Assembly: GCA_050633245.1 (NCBI GenBank)
Contig: JBOEGD010000009.1
Coordinates: 128,001-192,000, forward strand
DNA: 64,000 nt
Direction of reading: 5' to 3'
DNA from: Calditrichia bacterium
GTDB taxonomy: Bacteria > Calditrichota > Calditrichia > RBG-13-44-9 > J075
Shown here in pieces: positions 58,424 to 64,000 of the stretch. The notes under the pieces are model-generated. The model was given only the letters and a program-made list of their open reading frames with translations. It was not told the DNA's origin and ran no database searches. Positions within the stretch are counted from its first letter, which is position 1, and each line of letters opens with the position of its first letter. The position numbers and the translations under genes were made by a program.

Positions 58424-59482
58424 TTAATCTACCCAGTCTGCCAGAAAGATATTGGTATCACCCTTGTTTTTGTTAAAGCGATTTGATCCAAAAACCAATT
58501 GCTTACCATCCCGAGAGAACATCGGAAATCCATCAAAAGTTTCATTAAACGTAACCTGTTCAAGGCCACTGCCATCTACATTTATGATGTAAAGGTCAAA
58601 GTTCCGCCCACTCTTGCTGTTTATATTAGATGAAAAAATAATGCGCTTTCCATCCGGATGAAAATAAGGTGCAAAGCTTGCCTTGCCAAGATTGGTCACC
58701 TGCCGGATGTTTTCGCCATCGACATCCATTACGTAAATTTCCAGTGCCGTTGGTCGAACATAGCCTTTTTCAACCAGCTCGTTGTAGTCTTCCTGCTCTT
58801 CCGGCGTTCTTGGTCGGCTTGCACGAAACACTATTTGTGAACCATCCGGAGAAAAAAACGGACCGCCATCGTAACCGCGAAGATTTGTTAACCGCTTTTG
58901 ATTTCCGCCATCCAAATCCATAGTGTAAATCTCCGGGTCTCCATCGCGCGTTGTGGTAAAAGCAATCTTATCACCACGCGGTGAAACAACAGCTTCCGCA
59001 TCATAACCCGGGGTATCTGTCAACTGTTTTACAATGTTGCCTTCCCTATCAGCAACAAAAATATCAAAGCTATCATAAAGCTGCCAAACGTAACCATGAG
59101 AGCGATCTGGTGGTGGCGGACAAGCATCGTTGTCCAAATGGGTAGAGGCGTAAACGACAGTGCTGTCACCGGGCATAAAAAATGAGCATGTCGTGCGCCC
59201 TTTTCCGGTCGAAACCATCGTATTTTCCGAACCGTCCAACTTCATGGTGTAAATCTGATCGCATTCAAAGCTGCCCACTTTGGCCTGATAAACTAACCGG
59301 GTTTGATCGAACGAAAAATATGCTTCCGCGTTCTCCCCTGCTTCAGTCAGCATGCGAATATTCGTGAGATGTCTCTCACCAGAAAAGACATACTGATCAT
59401 TTACTTTTTGTTCCTGTGCTTTTTGCTCGCAACCGACAAATAAAATCACTGCGCAAAGAAATATTGAGGCGATATTTTGCAT
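58424..59482 (-). CDS. TolB-like PD40/WD40 beta-propeller lipoprotein
   Basis: LFVGC lipobox; GENAEAYFS, GYDAEAVVSPRG, GYDGGPFFSPDG, FDGFPMFSRDG. Confidence 0.92.
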   Translation of the reverse strand: MQNIASIFLCAVILFVGCEQKAQEQKVNDQYVFSGERHLTNIRMLTEAGENAEAYFSFDQTRLVYQAKVGSFECDQIYTMKLDGSENTMVSTGKGRTTCSFFMPGDSTVVYASTHLDNDACPPPPDRSHGYVWQLYDSFDIFVADREGNIVKQLTDTPGYDAEAVVSPRGDKIAFTTTRDGDPEIYTMDLDGGNQKRLTNLRGYDGGPFFSPDGSQIVFRASRPRTPEEQEDYNELVEKGYVRPTALEIYVMDVDGENIRQVTNLGKASFAPYFHPDGKRIIFSSNINSKSGRNFDLYIINVDGSGLEQVTFNETFDGFPMFSRDGKQLVFGSNRFNKNKGDTNIFLADWVD

Positions 59483-59646
59483 AATATAGTCCTACATTTA
59501 GTTTGTTTTATCCGCTCAATATAAGATGAGAGCAGTTCTTCAACCAGAAAAAAAGGTAATAGTTAAGCCGCTGTTTTTCATTGCAACTTATCCATATTAT
59601 GCTGCATATTTACTTGCAGAAGATAATTAAGTCATGTAGTTAGAAC

Positions 59647-60201
59647 ATGGAGTATTGGTTGAAATTTTTATGCATTCTTATTTTTGTAATTTCCGTTCCG
59701 GCATTGGCTCAAGTTAATAACACCGCGCAAACACTTTCTCCCGGTACATTTGCTCTTTCTGTAGCACCGGTATTCATCGAGGCAGCAGATGACAGCGATC
59801 TTCAGGTATACTTTTTTACAGACTATGGTATTCGCAGCGGCCTGGATGTATCGCTGCGCTTTGGCAGTGGAGAAAACATATATATCGGCGGGGATCTGGA
59901 GTGGGCGCTTCACAAATCGGTGCCTTACATTTCCTTTTCAGCAGGCGCACACTACCAAAATGGCCCAGGCTCAGACATGACGCTCTTGGGCACAATTCCG
60001 CTCAACAAAAACGTTGAGTTTTTTAGCGGAATTGATTCTGACTTCGAGTTTCGAAACGATGATATTCAAAATGAATTGTGGTGGGCAATTGGCGCGGAGA
60101 TTGTTCTCCGCAGCCGTCTTATCGCCATACTGGAAGCCGACATACCGCTCTCGCAAGCTGCGCGAACACAAGCGGGTCTTGCGCTTAAGATTTATTTTTA
60201 A
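59647..60201 (+). CDS. Hypothetical exported protein, probable small beta-barrel
   Basis: Signal peptide (PALA-Q); amphipathic strands; ends LKIYF. Confidence 0.75.
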   Translation: MEYWLKFLCILIFVISVPALAQVNNTAQTLSPGTFALSVAPVFIEAADDSDLQVYFFTDYGIRSGLDVSLRFGSGENIYIGGDLEWALHKSVPYISFSAGAHYQNGPGSDMTLLGTIPLNKNVEFFSGIDSDFEFRNDDIQNELWWAIGAEIVLRSRLIAILEADIPLSQAARTQAGLALKIYF

Positions 60202-61411
60202 GACCGGTAGTCACCTTTATCTCGCTATGAAGCGTACGGTGAACCGGACAGCGGTCAGCAATTTCAAGCAGCCGCGCTCGTTGTTCATCATCCAGAGGTC
60301 CAAACAGCTCAACCTCTCTGGCAAGCACATCTATTTTGCCGGTCTCACTCTCGCAGTCAGCACAGTCTTTCGCATGAATTTTGGAGTGGTTTAGCGTGAC
60401 GGTTACGCCTTCCAGTGGCCACTTTTTTCTATCGGCGTACATTCGCAAGGTCATGCTGGTACAGCTTCCCAAAGCAGATAATAAGTAATCGTAAGGCGTT
60501 GGGCCTAAGTCAGCACCGCCCACAGAAAGCGGTTCATCAGCAATTTGAGAATGACCATTGGCCATTATTTCCGTGGTATACCCATTGGTTCCGGTATGTA
60601 CACGAACAACGCCCTTTGCCCCCGAAAGCTCGGCGGGACGATTTGCCTCGAGATTTACATAGTTTCCGGCCCAGGCAGCCAGCACTTTCCCAACATAAAG
60701 CGAATCTTGTTCCCTGCTCAGCAAATGATCCGCCATATCCAGAGAAACAAAACTTTTAGGATGGCGCGCCTTAAGGTAAATATGCGAGGCATTCTCGATG
60801 CCGACCGTATCGTCAATCGGAGAATGAAATATTAGCAGCGCTCTGTTTAATCGAGCAATGTGGTTATCCATGCTCTGATTGTCCAGGTCATCGAGAAACT
60901 GCTTTTTTATTTGGAAGGTTCTACCAGCCAAGTTAACTGATGCGATGCCATTTCTTTCAATCTCATCTCGCTTGCTTTCGAGTAAATGCGTTACGTGCTG
61001 TGGATTGCAAGGAGCACCGATTGTTGAAACGGCCAGTACAGATTCAATACTTCCGGCGGCTTGCAACACCGCTGCTCCGCCCAAAGAGTGACCGATCAAA
61101 ATTTGTGGTGCCATTCCCTCACCAGACATGTAATCGGCTGCCGCGATCAGGTCGGCAACATTGGAAGTAAAGTTGGTATCAGCGAAATCTCCCCCGCTCT
61201 CTCCCAGCCCGGTGAAATCAAAACGCATAACCGCAATACCCTCGGAAGTCAGCGCCCGACTAATATGAGACACGGCTTTCAAGTTCTTTGAGCAGGTAAA
61301 ACAGTGGGCAAAAAGAGCATAGGCTAACGGTTTGCCGGTCAAAGGTAGATCCAGTCGCCCGGATAAGGAAAAGCCGCTGTTATTCTTAAAGTTTATTCTG
61401 CCGGATTTCAT
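60185..61411 (-). CDS. Bifunctional alpha/beta hydrolase - OsmC family protein
   Basis: AHCFTC, RFDFTGLG, GHSLGG, ADHLL; C-terminal DEP..GG..GPTPY, LGSCT, ADRCPVHRTL; start MKSGRI with GGAAGG RBS. Confidence 0.94.
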   Translation of the reverse strand: MKSGRINFKNNSGFSLSGRLDLPLTGKPLAYALFAHCFTCSKNLKAVSHISRALTSEGIAVMRFDFTGLGESGGDFADTNFTSNVADLIAAADYMSGEGMAPQILIGHSLGGAAVLQAAGSIESVLAVSTIGAPCNPQHVTHLLESKRDEIERNGIASVNLAGRTFQIKKQFLDDLDNQSMDNHIARLNRALLIFHSPIDDTVGIENASHIYLKARHPKSFVSLDMADHLLSREQDSLYVGKVLAAWAGNYVNLEANRPAELSGAKGVVRVHTGTNGYTTEIMANGHSQIADEPLSVGGADLGPTPYDYLLSALGSCTSMTLRMYADRKKWPLEGVTVTLNHSKIHAKDCADCESETGKIDVLAREVELFGPLDDEQRARLLEIADRCPVHRTLHSEIKVTTGLKNKS

Positions 61412-61974
61412 AGATAGCCTTCCGTTTTTATAGAGTTTTACAGCATTAGCCATCGCGCTAACACTTTAACTTTCAGTCTCTCCACGTCCCTCTCCGAGGC
61501 CTCGTTAATTATGTATCATGCAATGCGATACGTATACAACACGTATGCAACACCTCTGAAGCTTCCCGAAACGACCAATGTAAAAGCGCAGTATGGCAAG
61601 GATAAATATTCTTATTGAAAAATCTGTCAACGTACTGTTATTCATAGTAGCACATAGACTTTGAAATTTCTTCACAATTTTATTACAATTGCGTCATTAT
61701 TTTTGTGCCTTTTTATCCAATTGCTTGTCATAAGATACGCAGACATCTGAAGTGGTAAAACATAGCAATTTATTTCGCCTCCAATCCGCCCCTGAAGCCG
61801 ACCGAATTAATTAGTATTCAAGATCAGATTTTATCATTCGATTACTAATTACACTGTTATTACCGGTTTACTGGCATTACCTCACAACAAGGCAGGCCAT
61901 TCGTGCTGCGATACTATATGCTTTCTAACCGGAGTTTCCTCATGGTCATGGACGACATGTGAGCTCCTAAGGGA

Positions 61975-63219
61975 TTGGACAATATGAAAGACAAGCTACC
62001 TGCGGGCAAAATTCGCATCGCCCATTTAGTAAACTATTTAGCACCTGCCGGCAAGGAACTCGGCCTGCTAAAACTCATCCGAAATATGAACAATGATGTC
62101 TTCGAATCCTATTTACTCGTAACAAACGAAATTCGTGAACGAGAGCGTCTGGACCTTGCCGGAATAAAAATCATTCATCTTGATTACGGCCCGGGTAATC
62201 ATCCTGGCATGCCGATTGATATCCGTCGTGAACTAAAAAAGTACCAGATCGATATTGTGCACACTCATTCCTGGGGGACGCTGTTGGAAGGCATCACCGC
62301 AGCAAAGTTTGCCGGCACTCCGATTATTGTCCATGGAGAACACGGAACTTTTCCCAAGAAGGCGCCTCACCGTCAGCTCCAGCGCATGTTTTGGAGTATG
62401 TGCGATCGAGTGCTTGCTGTCTCATGGCCCTTGCGAAGAGATCTTGCCCTTGAGACCGGAATTGATGAGCGACGCATCGAGGTAATACTGAATGGCGTGG
62501 AACACAAGAAGTTTTTTCCTTGCGAAGAACTACGCGAACAGACGCGCATAAAGTATGGTTTTTCTGATAATGACTTTGTCATCGGCAATGTTGGCAGACT
62601 GAATAAAATCAAGAATCAAAACATGCTTATTCGGGCCATCGCTCATCTGAAAAACGCCGGTGTAAACGTTCATGGTATGTTCGTAGGTGGCTTAACGGTC
62701 GGCAAGGATCACGGCCCTGAGCTTGAAGCATTGACTAAGCTGCTTGGTATTCGTGAGCAAATACATTTCACCGATTTTCAGGATAATGTAAATGCATTTT
62801 ATAACATGTTTGACGTGTTTTCACTGACGTCGCTGAACGAGGGCTGCTCGAATGTTATTCAGGAGGCAATGTTTGCTGGACGTCCTATTATCGCAACAAA
62901 TGTTGGCGGAAACCCGGATCTGATTCAACATGAGGCAAACGGTCTTTTGGTGGAAAGTAACAGTTATGTTGAGCTTGCCGAATCAATAATGAAACTCAGG
63001 GAATCTGCCTCGCTTGGGCGGGGACTCGCAGAACAGGCTCGCAAGGATGCCTTGCGTTTATATCCAATTACTACGATGGTACGTTCATATGAGCGTATTT
63101 ATCTGGAAGAATACTACCGCCACTTTGCAACCAGCCGCAAAGCGCGGGCATATTTTCAACAGGTTTTGGAAGCTTCAGATTCGACAGCAATCTCACAACA
63201 TGCAGCTGTCGAAGATTAG
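61975..63219 (+). CDS. GT4-family glycosyltransferase
   Basis: DIVHTH, VHGEHG, VGRL..IKNQ, SLNEGCSNVIQEAM, ATNVGGNPDLI; start may be ATG 61984. Confidence 0.93.
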   Translation: MDNMKDKLPAGKIRIAHLVNYLAPAGKELGLLKLIRNMNNDVFESYLLVTNEIRERERLDLAGIKIIHLDYGPGNHPGMPIDIRRELKKYQIDIVHTHSWGTLLEGITAAKFAGTPIIVHGEHGTFPKKAPHRQLQRMFWSMCDRVLAVSWPLRRDLALETGIDERRIEVILNGVEHKKFFPCEELREQTRIKYGFSDNDFVIGNVGRLNKIKNQNMLIRAIAHLKNAGVNVHGMFVGGLTVGKDHGPELEALTKLLGIREQIHFTDFQDNVNAFYNMFDVFSLTSLNEGCSNVIQEAMFAGRPIIATNVGGNPDLIQHEANGLLVESNSYVELAESIMKLRESASLGRGLAEQARKDALRLYPITTMVRSYERIYLEEYYRHFATSRKARAYFQQVLEASDSTAISQHAAVED

Positions 63220-64000
63220 CAGCGCTTCACAACAAAGTCCATCTGATGGGCAATATAAACGAGCTCTCCCCTCTTTAGCTGGTTGAGACGCTGCTGGTAC
63301 CAATCTTCAAGGCCGTGGGCAAGCGCGGTCTTATTCTCACGCAACGCCTGCAAAACCGTGTCTAAAATAAAGCGCAGGAACACAGCTTCATCGGCTGGAT
63401 ACATACCTCCGGCACTAAAGACTACCCAGTCTGAAGCAGCGGCATCGAGGATATTGGCTCCATGTTTAACAAGTTCTGCAAACAGTTTACGCCCGGTGCG
63501 ACTGTCTCCGGATAGGTTCCCTTCAATAAGCCTGGTATCCATTGTGGCGTGGTATAAATTCATGAGCTGCTGCTCACGTTCACGGTTCAGCGTCGGTTCA
63601 AAGATCGTCTCACCATCAAAATTTATTGGGAGGTAACAGACACCGCCTTGCTTCAGCGCAGCTAAAAAGGTGCTTACTGCCTTTGACAATGGCAATAAGT
63701 CTAACAAGGCCGACGCAATGAGTCCATCGTATTGTTCGCGGTTCCGATCGAGAAATTGAAAGCAATCTACAACAGTAAAATCTACCTCTGATTCAGAATC
63801 ACCATCATTTATGGTTAAACCGGTATCAGATAGTGCTACAACAAACTTTCGCTCACGAAAAAACTTGGTCAGACGACCAATAGCAGCATCACGATTGGCC
63901 TCAAGTTCATCTACAAGCGTATAACGCTGAAATCGCAACCCACAATTCCAAAGTCGCTCCAACATCGTTCCTACACCTGCTCCCAGCTCGAGAATAGATG
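63216..64000 (-). CDS. Class I SAM-dependent methyltransferase, 5'-truncated by window edge
   Basis: Frame open to the edge with ILELGAGVGTM motif I; YDGLIASALLDL. Confidence 0.85.
   Translation of the reverse strand, partial: SILELGAGVGTMLERLWNCGLRFQRYTLVDELEANRDAAIGRLTKFFRERKFVVALSDTGLTINDGDSESEVDFTVVDCFQFLDRNREQYDGLIASALLDLLPLSKAVSTFLAALKQGGVCYLPINFDGETIFEPTLNREREQQLMNLYHATMDTRLIEGNLSGDSRTGRKLFAELVKHGANILDAAASDWVVFSAGGMYPADEAVFLRFILDTVLQALRENKTALAHGLEDWYQQRLNQLKRGELVYIAHQMDFVVKRC

Noticed and set aside
61530-61551. 11-bp direct repeat ACGTATRCAAC as a regulator site
   Set aside because: Only two copies and no supporting context; too weak to call

Overview
Bacterial chromosomal window. 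The FlgD-Ig/T9SS-type C-terminal domains, FecR/TonB systems and gene repertoire suggest an FCB-group organism, possibly Calditrichota-like (inference, not a database result). It holds about 37 credible CDSs and one tRNA-Leu(TAG); I found no rRNA, CRISPR array, integrase or transposase. Five genes encode secreted proteins ending in an NYPNPFNP-type sorting domain. Main unusual features: (1) a 9-kb stretch between fabH and tRNA-Leu in which single cargo genes are each followed by an in-frame, diverged copy of the last ~60 bp of the upstream host gene (fabH tail twice, TPR-CHAT gene tail three times, with an invariant 21-bp core), resembling integrase-less cassette accretion at gene 3' ends; (2) a signal-peptide-bearing 2086-aa Rhs protein with a Scabin/heat-labile-toxin-like R-S-ExE ADP-ribosyltransferase tip, no adjacent immunity gene and a candidate sigma54 promoter; (3) a 1563-aa membrane pseudokinase with six Zn ribbons and a periplasmic beta-helix; (4) an ECF-FecR-TonB receptor locus with a repeated TAGGGG-N16-CGTAG motif that also precedes a secreted cargo gene; (5) several families of short intergenic repeats. 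All calls come from reading the sequence by eye; no searches were run.
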